Shown one piece after another: positions 1 to 9,428 of a DNA stretch of 64,000 bases; positions within the stretch are counted from its first letter, which is position 1, and every line of letters begins with the position of its first letter. Position numbers and translations under genes: made by a program. The notes below the pieces were generated by a model that saw nothing but the letters and a program-made list of their open reading frames with translations, ran no database searches and was not told the DNA's origin. This DNA comes from Candidatus Latescibacterota bacterium (GTDB taxonomy: Bacteria; Latescibacterota; UBA2968): the NCBI GenBank assembly GCA_965208125.1, contig OZ242320.1, forward strand, positions 4,672,001 to 4,736,000, written 5' to 3'.

Positions 1-365
1 TTACGAGCCCGGTTGACGTTTTGGGGTTTCTGACCGATATCAAAGATCGGCGCAAAGAATATTTTGTGGCGCTTTTTCTCAATGCGCGGAATCAGGTGAT
101 TTGCCGCGAAGATGTGTCGGTTGGCTCGCTCAATGCCTCACTCGTGCATCCGCGAGAGGTGTTTGCGCCAGCTGTGGGGTCATCTGCTGCGAGTGTGATT
201 CTGGCGCATAATCATCCCAGCGGCGATGTGACACCGAGTCGAGAAGATATTGAACTCACGCGCCGCATGGTGCAGGCCGGTGAGATTATGGGGATTGAGG
301 TATTGGACCATCTGATCGTCGGTTCAGAGCGGTTCTTAAGTATGAAAGAGGCGAATGTCTTTTAG
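1..365 (+). CDS. radC: RadC/JAB-domain protein (5' truncated by window edge)
   Basis: Frame open from the window start; motifs KEYFVALFLN, GSLNASLVHPREVF, AHNHPSGDVTPSRED and VLDHLIVG are typical of the RadC MPN/JAB domain. Confidence 0.95.
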   Translation, partial: TSPVDVLGFLTDIKDRRKEYFVALFLNARNQVICREDVSVGSLNASLVHPREVFAPAVGSSAASVILAHNHPSGDVTPSREDIELTRRMVQAGEIMGIEVLDHLIVGSERFLSMKEANVF

Positions 366-373
366 GTGGTGAT

Positions 374-1183
374 ATGAGTCGGATACTAACGCTGACAACA
401 GATTTTGGCATTTCTGATGGCTATGTTGGCGCGATGAAGGGCGTGGTGCTCACCTGTGTGCCAGGTGCTCAAATTGTAGATATAACACATCAAGTATCCC
501 CTCAGGATGTTGCTGCTGGCGCTTTTGCCATGTATTGTGCGTGTCCTTTTTTTCCTGAGGGTAGCGTGCATGTTGGAGTGGTTGACCCGGGGGTGGGGAG
601 TGATCGACGGGGTATTGTCGTTGAGACAGAGCAATTTCTGTATGTTGGACCGGATAATGGCCTGTTTTCTCCTGTTTATGAGCGAGAAATGGTGCGGCGC
701 ATTGTGACGATTGAGAACACGGCATTGATGCGCCCGCAAGTGAGTCCGACTTTTCACGGACGAGATGTATTTGCTCAGGTGGGGGCGCATTTACTCAAGG
801 GGGTGTCCTGTGACGAGGTTGGGCCTGAAATTGAGGATCCAGTCACATGTGATCTGTGGGGTGTTGAAGAACGTGACGATGCACTCGTTGGGCGGGTGGT
901 GTGCGTTGACCATTTTGGCAATGCAATCTCAATGATTGCGCGGTCACACATTGATGAAAAATATCCCGATGGAGATTTTGAGATCATCATTGGCAAGACC
1001 CGATTTGATCGGATATGCCAGACATATAGTGAGGTCATAGAGGGGAAAGCGCTGGCGCTTTACGGCAGTTTGGATACGCTGGAGGTCGCGGTTTGCGAGG
1101 GCAGTGCAAGCAGGACGCTTGGTATAAAACAAGGGGATGAGATTTGTGTGTGTAGGGGTCAGGACAGGAGGGATAGGAGTTGA
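374..1183 (+). CDS. SAM hydroxide adenosyltransferase / chlorinase-fluorinase family (DUF62)
   Basis: Motifs ILTLTTDFG, VVDPGVGSDRR, GPDNGL, TFHGRDVFA and VDHFGN. Confidence 0.92.
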   Translation: MSRILTLTTDFGISDGYVGAMKGVVLTCVPGAQIVDITHQVSPQDVAAGAFAMYCACPFFPEGSVHVGVVDPGVGSDRRGIVVETEQFLYVGPDNGLFSPVYEREMVRRIVTIENTALMRPQVSPTFHGRDVFAQVGAHLLKGVSCDEVGPEIEDPVTCDLWGVEERDDALVGRVVCVDHFGNAISMIARSHIDEKYPDGDFEIIIGKTRFDRICQTYSEVIEGKALALYGSLDTLEVAVCEGSASRTLGIKQGDEICVCRGQDRRDRS

Positions 1184-1848
1184 GAAATGCGGTCTATTTC
1201 GATATCGGGATGTTCTGATGGGGTTTGGGGCTTTCTGTTTTTTTGTCGGCCGTGACGCATGCGTACGGTGGTCATACCCAGGGTTTTTGCCGTGGCGATT
1301 TCGTCGGTGAGTTTGTCGCCCACGCATAAAATTTGGACATGGGACAGAGATAGTGCTTTTGCTGCTTGCGTGAGGGATTGTGTTTTATCACTGCTTTTTC
1401 GGTCGTCTTGTAGAATGAGGGTATTGTCGCCCTCGCTAAAATAATCGCACAAGCCGAGAAGGCGAACTTTTTCGCGCTGACGATCGGGATTTCCAGAGGT
1501 GACAAGGGCGAGTTGATAGCTGCGCTGGACAAGGGTAGCGAGGGTGGAGAGTACATCGGGGAAAGGGGTGATGGCTTCCACGTTGCGGGGATTGTACGCA
1601 TTGAGTGCCCGTTCTACGATGCTGGGCGGGATATTGTACTGGGTGCCGAGTAAGCGAATGGCCTCTGAAGAGCTATGTGTTTGGGAAAGCAACACCTGTT
1701 GCTGATAACCGGTCTCAAATGAGAGGTCGGGATGTGCTGAAGCGAGGATTTGAGCGGCTCTGCGCCGCGCGGGTTGGGTGAGTTGGCCCGTGCAGTCAAA
1801 GAGGGTGTCGTCGAGGTCAAAAATAATACCTCTGATTTTTCCTGTCAT
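1159..1848 (-). CDS. HAD-superfamily hydrolase
   Basis: Motif I FDLDDT, motif II LVTSG, motif IV VGDKLTDEI; ATGA overlap with the stop of the upstream gene. Confidence 0.9.
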   Translation of the reverse strand: MTGKIRGIIFDLDDTLFDCTGQLTQPARRRAAQILASAHPDLSFETGYQQQVLLSQTHSSSEAIRLLGTQYNIPPSIVERALNAYNPRNVEAITPFPDVLSTLATLVQRSYQLALVTSGNPDRQREKVRLLGLCDYFSEGDNTLILQDDRKSSDKTQSLTQAAKALSLSHVQILCVGDKLTDEIATAKTLGMTTVRMRHGRQKNRKPQTPSEHPDIEIDRISQLLSLLS

Positions 1849-3803
1849 TCATCCAGGCCCCAATAGTCGGGCACGCTCAGGCCGCAGAAAATGCGACAGA
1901 TCGCATCGGCGACTTTGGCCGGGTCGTGGCTGATAAAATCGCCGGTGCCGCGCTCTATGGCATCGGGATGAAATTCTTCTAAAAAGTCTGCGCGGGTCCA
2001 GGGACCGAATGTGTCGAGCGTTTCTGTATCGCATTCAACCAGGACTTTGCCATCTTTTTTGTATTTTTTGATCAGTGGGTGCCAGTCCTCGCTTTTGGGT
2101 GTCTGGAAAATGCGGAGGTCCTGCACCAGCGTGTGATCCATGACGCCATTGCGCTGATTTTTGGGTAGGTGTTTGAGGATCGCTTTGAGGTGGTCAGAGG
2201 CTCTAAAATTATCGGTCTGCCCGGGTTGTGTGACGATGTTGCAAACGTAGATGGTTTTGCCCTGAGCGCGTCTGATCAGTGCTTTTTGAATATCGGGTAC
2301 GAGGAGATTGGTGATGACGCTGGTGTACAGGCTGCCCGGTCCAATGACGACGATATCTGCATCTGCAATGGCTTGCAAAGCATCGCGCGGTGCTCTGATC
2401 TGATTTTGTTCCAGGCTCACTTTGTGCCCCTGGCGCACGCGGATCTCAACCTGTCCTGTTTCGGGATCTATGACGCGCTCGAGCGCGCTGTCTTTGCGAT
2501 TGAGTTCGCGCAAGAGAGCGTCATTGGTGACGAGATATGCCCGCTCGAGAGGTGGTTTACCGGGTTTTCTGACCATCCATTCGGTATAGCGATGTTCGCC
2601 GTTTGTCAGTTTGGCGCAAATATCGACATTTTCAGTGCTGGCAGGGAAAACTGTACCCTGTACGTGCAGCATGTTGCTGGCTGTTTTTATAGCGGCATGA
2701 AAATCTCCGAGTTGCTGAGTGAGGGCAGCCACGAGAAAATTGCCAATATGGTCGTTCTTAAAAATACCGGATTCTTGCTCGCTGTTGGGAAAGCGGTGTT
2801 GGAAGACGTTGAAAAGCCCCTGAGATATCTGTTCGGGATCGGCGAGTGCTGTGAGGGCATTGCGAATGTCACCGGGGGGCTGGACTCCCAAATTCCAGCG
2901 GATACGCCCCGAGGAAGCACCGGAATCGGTCACGGCAACGACAGCTGTTGGATGACGGGTATAGGGACGCAATCCACGCAAGACAGTGGGTAGGCCAGTG
3001 CCGCCGCCGATAACGGCAACCCTGAATCGGTCGGGGGTTTTGCCGATCCGCGAGAGGTGCAATAATGTAGATAGTTGGGCAAGGTATTTGATTTCGTAGT
3101 CGGGGCGGTCGCCTATCGCGGGTGTTTCTCGGGAGAATCTTCCGCGCCGCAACCAGATTGTGGTGAGGCCCTGGCGATTACCCGCGCGAATTTCATCGTG
3201 GGTGCGGTCTCCAACGACGATGAGTTGGTCAGAAGAGAGCTTATGGCTTTCCATGAGTTCTGAAAACCAGTAAGCATGTGCAGGGGGACCTTCGTTGATT
3301 ATGCGATCAAAATAAGGAGCAATGCCCAGGCGTTCAATTTTGTTGCGCTGACGGCGCGCCCTGCCCAGCGTGACGAGAAATAGTTTATAGCCCGCCTGGC
3401 GCAATTCCAGGAGAGTATGTAAGGCGTCGGGGTAGGGGCGAATGTCTTCTACATCTTCGGCATTGTAAACGCGCTCCATTTCAGCTACAAGGGCTTCGAC
3501 TGGCTCGGCTTCCGGGTCGGTTTTTTGTTTGTCGAGAAAACGGCGTACCTGATCGGGTTTATCTTTGAAGACGGCTTTGGCGATATCAAAAAAAGCGAAA
3601 TAATAGGGCGAGGATGAATAATAAGGACCGTGTTTACGTTCGAGCGTATTGATGCGTTGGCGTGCATAGGCGCGGGTGGCAAAAAAACCGTTTGAAAACA
3701 GAAAAGCGGCAACGCGTTGACGCGCGGCATGTACGACGGGCGTCAGGTCAAATAGGGTTCCGTCGAGGTCGAATACGATTGCGCGGGCATTTTCCAGGGA
3801 CAC
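1845..3803 (-). CDS. Fusion: N-terminal HAD hydrolase + C-terminal YvcK/GlmR (CofD-like, UPF0052) domain
   Basis: FDLDGT...VGDRTHDEI (HAD), followed by VAVIGGGTGL, VTDSGASSGRIR, PPGDIRNAL, GPGSLYTSV, NIVTQPGQT and HDPAKVA (YvcK); start placed at GTG 3803 behind a GGAG RBS. Confidence 0.9.
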   Translation of the reverse strand: MSLENARAIVFDLDGTLFDLTPVVHAARQRVAAFLFSNGFFATRAYARQRINTLERKHGPYYSSSPYYFAFFDIAKAVFKDKPDQVRRFLDKQKTDPEAEPVEALVAEMERVYNAEDVEDIRPYPDALHTLLELRQAGYKLFLVTLGRARRQRNKIERLGIAPYFDRIINEGPPAHAYWFSELMESHKLSSDQLIVVGDRTHDEIRAGNRQGLTTIWLRRGRFSRETPAIGDRPDYEIKYLAQLSTLLHLSRIGKTPDRFRVAVIGGGTGLPTVLRGLRPYTRHPTAVVAVTDSGASSGRIRWNLGVQPPGDIRNALTALADPEQISQGLFNVFQHRFPNSEQESGIFKNDHIGNFLVAALTQQLGDFHAAIKTASNMLHVQGTVFPASTENVDICAKLTNGEHRYTEWMVRKPGKPPLERAYLVTNDALLRELNRKDSALERVIDPETGQVEIRVRQGHKVSLEQNQIRAPRDALQAIADADIVVIGPGSLYTSVITNLLVPDIQKALIRRAQGKTIYVCNIVTQPGQTDNFRASDHLKAILKHLPKNQRNGVMDHTLVQDLRIFQTPKSEDWHPLIKKYKKDGKVLVECDTETLDTFGPWTRADFLEEFHPDAIERGTGDFISHDPAKVADAICRIFCGLSVPDYWGLDE

Positions 3804-3904
3804 GGCACATCTCCGCGGTTGAGTTGTGGGTTCAAAGGGGAAGATAAGACTTTTTAGATTAAGAAAAAAAATAAAAGTGGGGAAGAGGAAAGATTGTGGA
3901 GATA

Positions 3905-4603
3905 ATGTGTAAAATTTGGAAGGCGGCACTCAATTTTGTTTATCCGTCGTCTTGTATGATTTGCAAGGCATCACTGCCGGATTCACCGGGGTTGTGTGAT
4001 TTGTGTTGGGATGATATGGAGATTTGGGATTCGGGATTACACGAGGTGGATTTTGAACACGAATTTGACCAAACAGTTATTTTGTATCAATTTAATGATA
4101 GTGTCCGATCTTTAATTCACGCGCTCAAATACCGGGGAAAAACACTTCCCGGACAGATATTAGGGAAAGCTCTGGGACAGCGCATTGAGGGCTTATTCGA
4201 TTCCGATACGATGATTGTCCCGGTGCCACTTCACTCAGCAAAAACAAGAGCACGAGGATATAATCAGAGTGAGATTATTGCACGGGCTACAGGACGGGCG
4301 TCGGGTTTACAAGTGCTGGCAAACGCGCTGAAAAGAGTGCGGCCAACACCTACACAGACGCAACTGGGCGTTTTGGAGCGTCAATACAATGTACAGGGAG
4401 CATTTCACGTGCGTCATCCCCCGTCTATTGAGGGGCGAAATATATTTTTGATAGACGATGTTATCACGACGGGTGCGACGCTCAATGCATGTGCGCAGGT
4501 TCTGCGATCTGCGGGGGCGCAATGCGTGTCTGTTGGTGCTGTTGCCAGTCCCTTATTGGGGGAAGATGATCTGTCTCAAGATGTAGAAAAATCGAGGTCT
4601 TGA
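3905..4603 (+). CDS. comF: ComF family phosphoribosyltransferase-like protein
   Basis: N-terminal CxxC..CxxC, LIHALKYRG, VPVPLH, RGYNQS, LIDDVITTGAT. Confidence 0.9.
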   Translation: MCKIWKAALNFVYPSSCMICKASLPDSPGLCDLCWDDMEIWDSGLHEVDFEHEFDQTVILYQFNDSVRSLIHALKYRGKTLPGQILGKALGQRIEGLFDSDTMIVPVPLHSAKTRARGYNQSEIIARATGRASGLQVLANALKRVRPTPTQTQLGVLERQYNVQGAFHVRHPPSIEGRNIFLIDDVITTGATLNACAQVLRSAGAQCVSVGAVASPLLGEDDLSQDVEKSRS

Positions 4604-4651
4604 CGCTGATTTTATCTTTTAGTGGGCGTACCTGTGATAAATACAACGGGC

Positions 4652-4680
4652 TTGACAGGTATGTTGCAATACCTTAAACT
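4652..4680 (+). promoter_or_regulatory. sigma70-type promoter of the glycolytic operon, with a palindrome in the spacer
   Basis: TTGACA-N17-TAAACT; AGGTAT-N6-ATACCT inverted repeat at 4657-4674. Confidence 0.6.
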
Positions 4681-4750
4681 TCAGGTCTTTGAAAATCTTA
4701 CAGGACTCAGGCGCTTATGCTCGTGATAGTGATTTTGTAAGGGAGATATT

Positions 4751-5791
4751 ATGTCTGTAAAACGCGTTGGCATACTTACAGGTGGTGGCGATTGTCCAGG
4801 TCTTAATGCGGTAATCCGCGCGATTGTACGCAAGGGCATTATGGTTTACAATTACGACATGACGGGTGTGCAGGAGGGATGGCGAGGGATGCTTGAAGGG
4901 CTGTCAGTGCCTCTGGATTTGAACGCTGTTTCGGGGATTTTGCCGCGCGGGGGTACAATTTTGGGATCTTCTCGGACAAATCCGTATCAAGATGGTGCAG
5001 ATGGCGGTGCGCTCGTGCGAGGGGGGATGGAGAAAATGGGCCTGGACGCACTAATTGCCATTGGTGGCGATGATACACTCGGTGTGGCCCATCAGCTCAC
5101 AGATCAGGGCATCAAAGTAGTAGGCGTGCCCAAAACCATTGATAATGATCTGGATGGCACAGACCAGACCTTTGGTTTTGATACGGCTATCAATATCGTG
5201 ATGGAAGCGATTGACCGCCTGCATACAACGGCTGAGTCTCACAACCGCGTGATGGTTGTCGAGGTTATGGGACGCCATGCGGGTTGGATTGCCGTGGAGG
5301 CTGGTATTGCAGGGGGGGCAGATGTGATTCTGATCCCGGAAGTCCCATTTGATATGGATGACGTGTGCGATACCATCAGAAAACGCCATGCCCGAGGGAA
5401 GACATTCAGTATTGTGGTGGCTGCTGAAGGTGCCAAGCTCGACGATGACAGTATGGTTTTGCAATCTCAGGAAAAAGATGCATTCGGGCATGTTCGCCTG
5501 GGGGGCATTGGCAATTTGCTGAGTGATGAAATTGAGCGGCGCACTGGATATGAAAGTCGCGCAACCGTGCTGGGCCATATTCAACGCGGGGGCAGTCCTT
5601 CTGCTTATGATCGGGTGTTGGGGACGCGATTTGGGATAGCGGCAATTGATCTGATACAAGAAGGCAATTTTGGCAAGATGGTGGCGCTGCGAGGACAAAA
5701 TATTGTTGCGATTGATTTGAAAGAGGCCGTGTCGAAGTTGCGTACGGTGGATATGGGTCTTTACGATATTGCCAAAGTATTTTTCGGATAA
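4751..5791 (+). CDS. pfkA: 6-phosphofructokinase (PfkA family, PPi-type signature)
   Basis: [48 protein letters not shown]. Confidence 0.95.
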   Translation: MSVKRVGILTGGGDCPGLNAVIRAIVRKGIMVYNYDMTGVQEGWRGMLEGLSVPLDLNAVSGILPRGGTILGSSRTNPYQDGADGGALVRGGMEKMGLDALIAIGGDDTLGVAHQLTDQGIKVVGVPKTIDNDLDGTDQTFGFDTAINIVMEAIDRLHTTAESHNRVMVVEVMGRHAGWIAVEAGIAGGADVILIPEVPFDMDDVCDTIRKRHARGKTFSIVVAAEGAKLDDDSMVLQSQEKDAFGHVRLGGIGNLLSDEIERRTGYESRATVLGHIQRGGSPSAYDRVLGTRFGIAAIDLIQEGNFGKMVALRGQNIVAIDLKEAVSKLRTVDMGLYDIAKVFFG

Positions 5792-5808
5792 TGAGTTTGG
5801 AGGAAATT

Positions 5809-6840
5809 ATGGTAGGAATGAGAGTAGGAATCAATGGATTTGGGCGGATTGGACGGCTGGTATTTCGCGCGGCTATGGCGCGTGGTCTCAATGTGGTGGC
5901 TGTAAACGATTTGACCGATGCTGCTAGTCTGGCGCATTTGCTCAAATACGATTCGACACACGGGCGGTATCCCGGGTGCGTTAATCATCTGAAAAACGGC
6001 GTACAAGTGGAGAAGTCATCGGTTGATGCGCTTGTAGTAGATGGCAAAATGGTGGCTGTTTTGTCCGAACGAGATCCGGCACAATTGCCCTGGAGGTCAT
6101 TGGGTGTGGATGTGGTGGTTGAATCGACGGGCTTTTTTACCGATAAAGAGTCCGCGAGTGCCCATTTGGGAGAAAAAGGGGCAAAAAAGGTGATTATTTC
6201 TGCGCCCGCCAAAGGAGATTTGCCCACTGTGGTGATGGGAATTAATGATGTCGTTTTACAAAAAGACGATACGGTTATTTCCAATGCTTCGTGTACGACC
6301 AACTGTCTGGCGCCTATGGTGAGTGTGTTGCACGATGCATTTGGCGTTGTACACGGGCTTATGACCACTATTCATTCTTACACAGGAGATCAACGTCTGA
6401 TCGATGCGCCCCATTCCGATATGCGCCGTGCGCGGTCTGCCGCCCTGTCGATGATTCCGACGACAACGGGCGCGGCGAGTGCAGTGGGCCTGGTTATTCC
6501 CGAACTCAATGGCAAACTCGACGGCATGGCCGTGCGCGTGCCCACGCCAGATGGTTCATTTACCGATTTTGTCGCGGTGCTGAAAAAAGAGGTGACTGCA
6601 GAAGAGGTAAACAATGCCTTTGAATGTGCAGCTTATGGGCGTTTGAAAGGTATTCTGGAATACACCGATGATCCCATTGTTTCTGCCGATATCCTGGGCA
6701 ATGCCCATTCTTGTATTTTCGATTCGATGATTACCACAGTGATGTCGGGCTATATGGTGAAGGTGTGTGGATGGTACGACAATGAGTGGGGGTATTCCAA
6801 TCGGTGCGTGGATTTGATCGCGAAGTTGGCGGAGATGTAA
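5809..6840 (+). CDS. gap: Type I glyceraldehyde-3-phosphate dehydrogenase
   Basis: [31 protein letters not shown]; GGAGG RBS before ATG 5809. Confidence 0.98.
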   Translation: MVGMRVGINGFGRIGRLVFRAAMARGLNVVAVNDLTDAASLAHLLKYDSTHGRYPGCVNHLKNGVQVEKSSVDALVVDGKMVAVLSERDPAQLPWRSLGVDVVVESTGFFTDKESASAHLGEKGAKKVIISAPAKGDLPTVVMGINDVVLQKDDTVISNASCTTNCLAPMVSVLHDAFGVVHGLMTTIHSYTGDQRLIDAPHSDMRRARSAALSMIPTTTGAASAVGLVIPELNGKLDGMAVRVPTPDGSFTDFVAVLKKEVTAEEVNNAFECAAYGRLKGILEYTDDPIVSADILGNAHSCIFDSMITTVMSGYMVKVCGWYDNEWGYSNRCVDLIAKLAEM

Positions 6841-6876
6841 AATAGTCGCTGATTTTGACTTTTGAGAGGCGCTGGC

Positions 6877-8082
6877 GTGGCGAAGTTGTCGATTACAGAT
6901 CTGGATTTGAGGGGTAAGCGCGTTCTGGTGCGCGTTGATTTTAATGTGCCCATTGAAGATGGGCAGGTCGCTGATGATACGCGCTTGCGGGCTTCTTTGC
7001 CGACGATTCGGCACATTTTGGATGCGGGGGGGCTGCCTGTGTTGATGTCGCATTTAGGGCGCCCTGAGGGTGAGGTTATGCCTGAATTATCGCTTAAACC
7101 CGTGGCCGAAGCCCTTCAAGTGCTGCTGGGGCGCGAAGTGCTTCTATCGCCAGACTGCGTGGGCGAGGAAACGACCTCATTGGTGAAACGCGCGCCCGAA
7201 GGTTCGGTTGTACTGCTCGAAAATTTGCGATTTCACGCTGACGAAGAAAAAAATGCGCCGGGTTTTGCCACACAACTATCGGAATTGGGCGATGTGTATG
7301 TCAACGATGCCTTTGGCAGTGCCCATCGCGCGCATGCCTCTACTGAGGGGATTACCCATTATTTTGTTGACTGTGCTACGGGTTTGTTGATGCAGAAAGA
7401 ATTGGATTATTTGGGTACGGCATTGTCCGATCCGGGACGGCCTTATGTCGCGATTATGGGAGGGGCAAAAATTTCCGGTAAGATTGATGTGATTGAAAAT
7501 TTGTTTTCAAAAGTAGATACCTTGCTCATTGGCGGTGGTATGGCATTTACGTTTTTTAAGGCTCTGGGTCTGGAAATAGGGAAGTCGTTGTTGGAAGAAG
7601 ATCGCGTTGGGGTCGCTACCCATTTGTTAAAGCGCGCAGAGGCTGAAGGTGTAGATCTGATATTGCCAACCGATACGGTTGTGGCAGCAGAGATGACGGA
7701 TGGGATACCTGCTCAGATTGTACCGCGAGATCAAATTCCAGCAGATTTGGAGGGATTTGACATTGGGATTGAGACGCGGAAGCGATTTTCCGATGTAGTT
7801 TTAAACGCCAAAACCGTGGTGTGGAATGGACCTCTGGGAGTATGTGAGATTTTTTCGTTTTCAAAAGGATCGCGTGCGGTTGCCAACGCACTGGTTACGG
7901 CGACTGAGCGCGGTGCAACGACGATTGTTGGCGGTGGGGAAACTGCTGCTGCGATGGCAGATTTTGGCGTGGCGGAAAAATTGAGCCATGTCTCGACCGG
8001 GGGTGGGGCTTCTCTGGAGTTTTTAGAAGGCCAAACACTGCCCGGTGTGGCGGCACTTTCGGATAGGGAAGAGGAAGAATAG
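6877..8082 (+). CDS. pgk: Phosphoglycerate kinase
   Basis: RVDFNVP, SHLGRP, LLENLRF, NDAFGSAHRAHAS, STGGGASLEFLEG. Confidence 0.98.
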   Translation: MAKLSITDLDLRGKRVLVRVDFNVPIEDGQVADDTRLRASLPTIRHILDAGGLPVLMSHLGRPEGEVMPELSLKPVAEALQVLLGREVLLSPDCVGEETTSLVKRAPEGSVVLLENLRFHADEEKNAPGFATQLSELGDVYVNDAFGSAHRAHASTEGITHYFVDCATGLLMQKELDYLGTALSDPGRPYVAIMGGAKISGKIDVIENLFSKVDTLLIGGGMAFTFFKALGLEIGKSLLEEDRVGVATHLLKRAEAEGVDLILPTDTVVAAEMTDGIPAQIVPRDQIPADLEGFDIGIETRKRFSDVVLNAKTVVWNGPLGVCEIFSFSKGSRAVANALVTATERGATTIVGGGETAAAMADFGVAEKLSHVSTGGGASLEFLEGQTLPGVAALSDREEEE

Positions 8083-8113
8083 GTGCATGTTCAAATTGTG
8101 AAAGGGAGTAGCG

Positions 8114-8869
8114 ATGCGAACGCCGTTTGTGGCGGGAAATTGGAAGCTCAATAAAACACCTGATGAGGCAGAAATACTTGCGCGATGCGTGGTGGATGCA
8201 GTATCGGGCATGACGGGTGTAGATGTGGCAATATGTCCGCCTTTTACGGCGCTGGAACGGGTTTCAAGTGTGGTGTGCTGCACTGGTATAGGGCTGGGTG
8301 CTCAGAATATGTACTGGGAGGCTGAGGGTGCTTTTACGGGTGAGGTTTCGGCCCCCATGCTGTTGACTTGCGGTTGTGAATACGTTATATTAGGACACTC
8401 TGAACGACGGCAGTTTTTTGGCGAAACAGACGCGACTGTCAACCGCCGCTTAAAGGCAGCTCTGAGTGCTGGATTGAAGCCTATTGTGTGTATTGGCGAG
8501 TCTTTTGACGAGCGTCAGGCCGATGTGACTGAGCAGGTGGTTGAGACGCAAACGCGGGGTGCTCTCAACGGCGTTTGCGCTGACGATATGCGAGGGATTA
8601 CCCTGGCTTATGAGCCTGTTTGGGCCATTGGCACGGGACTGACGGCGACGCCAGAACAGGCAGAGGCCGTCCATGCGTTTCTCCGCGAGGTGTTGGTTCA
8701 ACTTTATGACGACGATGTCGCACAGGGGATTCGCATTCAGTACGGCGGGTCTGTGAAGCCCGATAATGCGGCCGAGTTGTTTGAGCAGGACAATATTGAT
8801 GGAGGATTGATCGGCGGGGCTTCGCTGGAAGCTGAGGATTTTGCCGCTATTGTGAAAGCGGCTATATAG
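8114..8869 (+). CDS. tpiA: Triosephosphate isomerase
   Basis: AGNWK, GHSERR, AYEPVWAIGTG, YGGSV, GGASL. Confidence 0.98.
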   Translation: MRTPFVAGNWKLNKTPDEAEILARCVVDAVSGMTGVDVAICPPFTALERVSSVVCCTGIGLGAQNMYWEAEGAFTGEVSAPMLLTCGCEYVILGHSERRQFFGETDATVNRRLKAALSAGLKPIVCIGESFDERQADVTEQVVETQTRGALNGVCADDMRGITLAYEPVWAIGTGLTATPEQAEAVHAFLREVLVQLYDDDVAQGIRIQYGGSVKPDNAAELFEQDNIDGGLIGGASLEAEDFAAIVKAAI

Positions 8870-8877
8870 AGGATAAT

Positions 8878-9267
8878 ATGGAAATTTTTCTTTTGATTGT
8901 GCATGTGATAGTTTGTGCGGTGCTCATTCTGGTTATTTTGATGCAGCCCGGCAGAAGTGGTGGGTTGTCCGGCGGTGCTTTTGGCGGTATGGGTGGTGGG
9001 ACATCGATGTTTGGCGGTGGTGGTGCCGTGCCTATGTTGGCAAAAGTGACGACGTATGTGGGAATTATTTTTGCGCTAACGTGCATCGGGCTTTGGTATG
9101 CGGGACGTTCGACTGATTCTGTGCCGTCAACGGCTGCTGAGCGATTAATGGAAGAAGGTCAGATGCCCATGCAGCAAATTCCTCAACCTTTGACCTTTCC
9201 GGAAACCAAACCGACCGAAGGAACAACCCAAACAGCACCGGCCGATACCGGCAGTACCACGCCGTAG
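8878..9267 (+). CDS. secG: Preprotein translocase subunit SecG
   Basis: Two hydrophobic helices flanking a Gly-rich loop (LMQPGRSGGLSGGAFGG); conserved tpiA-secG-tRNA-Leu order. Confidence 0.93.
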   Translation: MEIFLLIVHVIVCAVLILVILMQPGRSGGLSGGAFGGMGGGTSMFGGGGAVPMLAKVTTYVGIIFALTCIGLWYAGRSTDSVPSTAAERLMEEGQMPMQQIPQPLTFPETKPTEGTTQTAPADTGSTTP

Positions 9268-9274
9268 ATTTTGT

Positions 9275-9361
9275 GCCGAAGTGGTGGAATTGGTAGACAC
9301 GCTGTCTTGAGGGGGCAGTACTCGAAAGGGTGTAGGGGTTCGAATCCCCTCTTCGGCACCA
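9275..9361 (+). tRNA. tRNA-Leu (anticodon GAG)
   Basis: GCCGAAG/CTTCGGC acceptor stem + ACCA end, D-loop GGAATTGGTAGAC, anticodon arm CTGTC-TTGAGGG-GGCAG, long variable arm, GGTTCGAATCC T-arm. Confidence 0.97.
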
Positions 9362-9371
9362 CAATAAAAGC

Positions 9372-9408
9372 AAGGGCTTGTGATATATGCATCGCAAGCC
9401 CTTTTTTT
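9372..9408 (+). terminator. Rho-independent terminator after tRNA-Leu
   Basis: AAGGGCTTGTGAT...ATCGCAAGCCCTT hairpin followed by a T-run. Confidence 0.8.
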
Positions 9409-9428
9409 GTCGATAGGAGTAAGATGCC

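Noticed and set aside
1-365. radC as a marker of a mobile element or anti-defence locus
   Set aside because: Neighbours are housekeeping-type genes and no mobile genes are visible; the upstream context is outside the window
3804-3929. N-terminal extension of the HAD-YvcK ORF to 3929
   Set aside because: Low-complexity AT-rich intergenic sequence overlapping comF; an RBS supports GTG 3803
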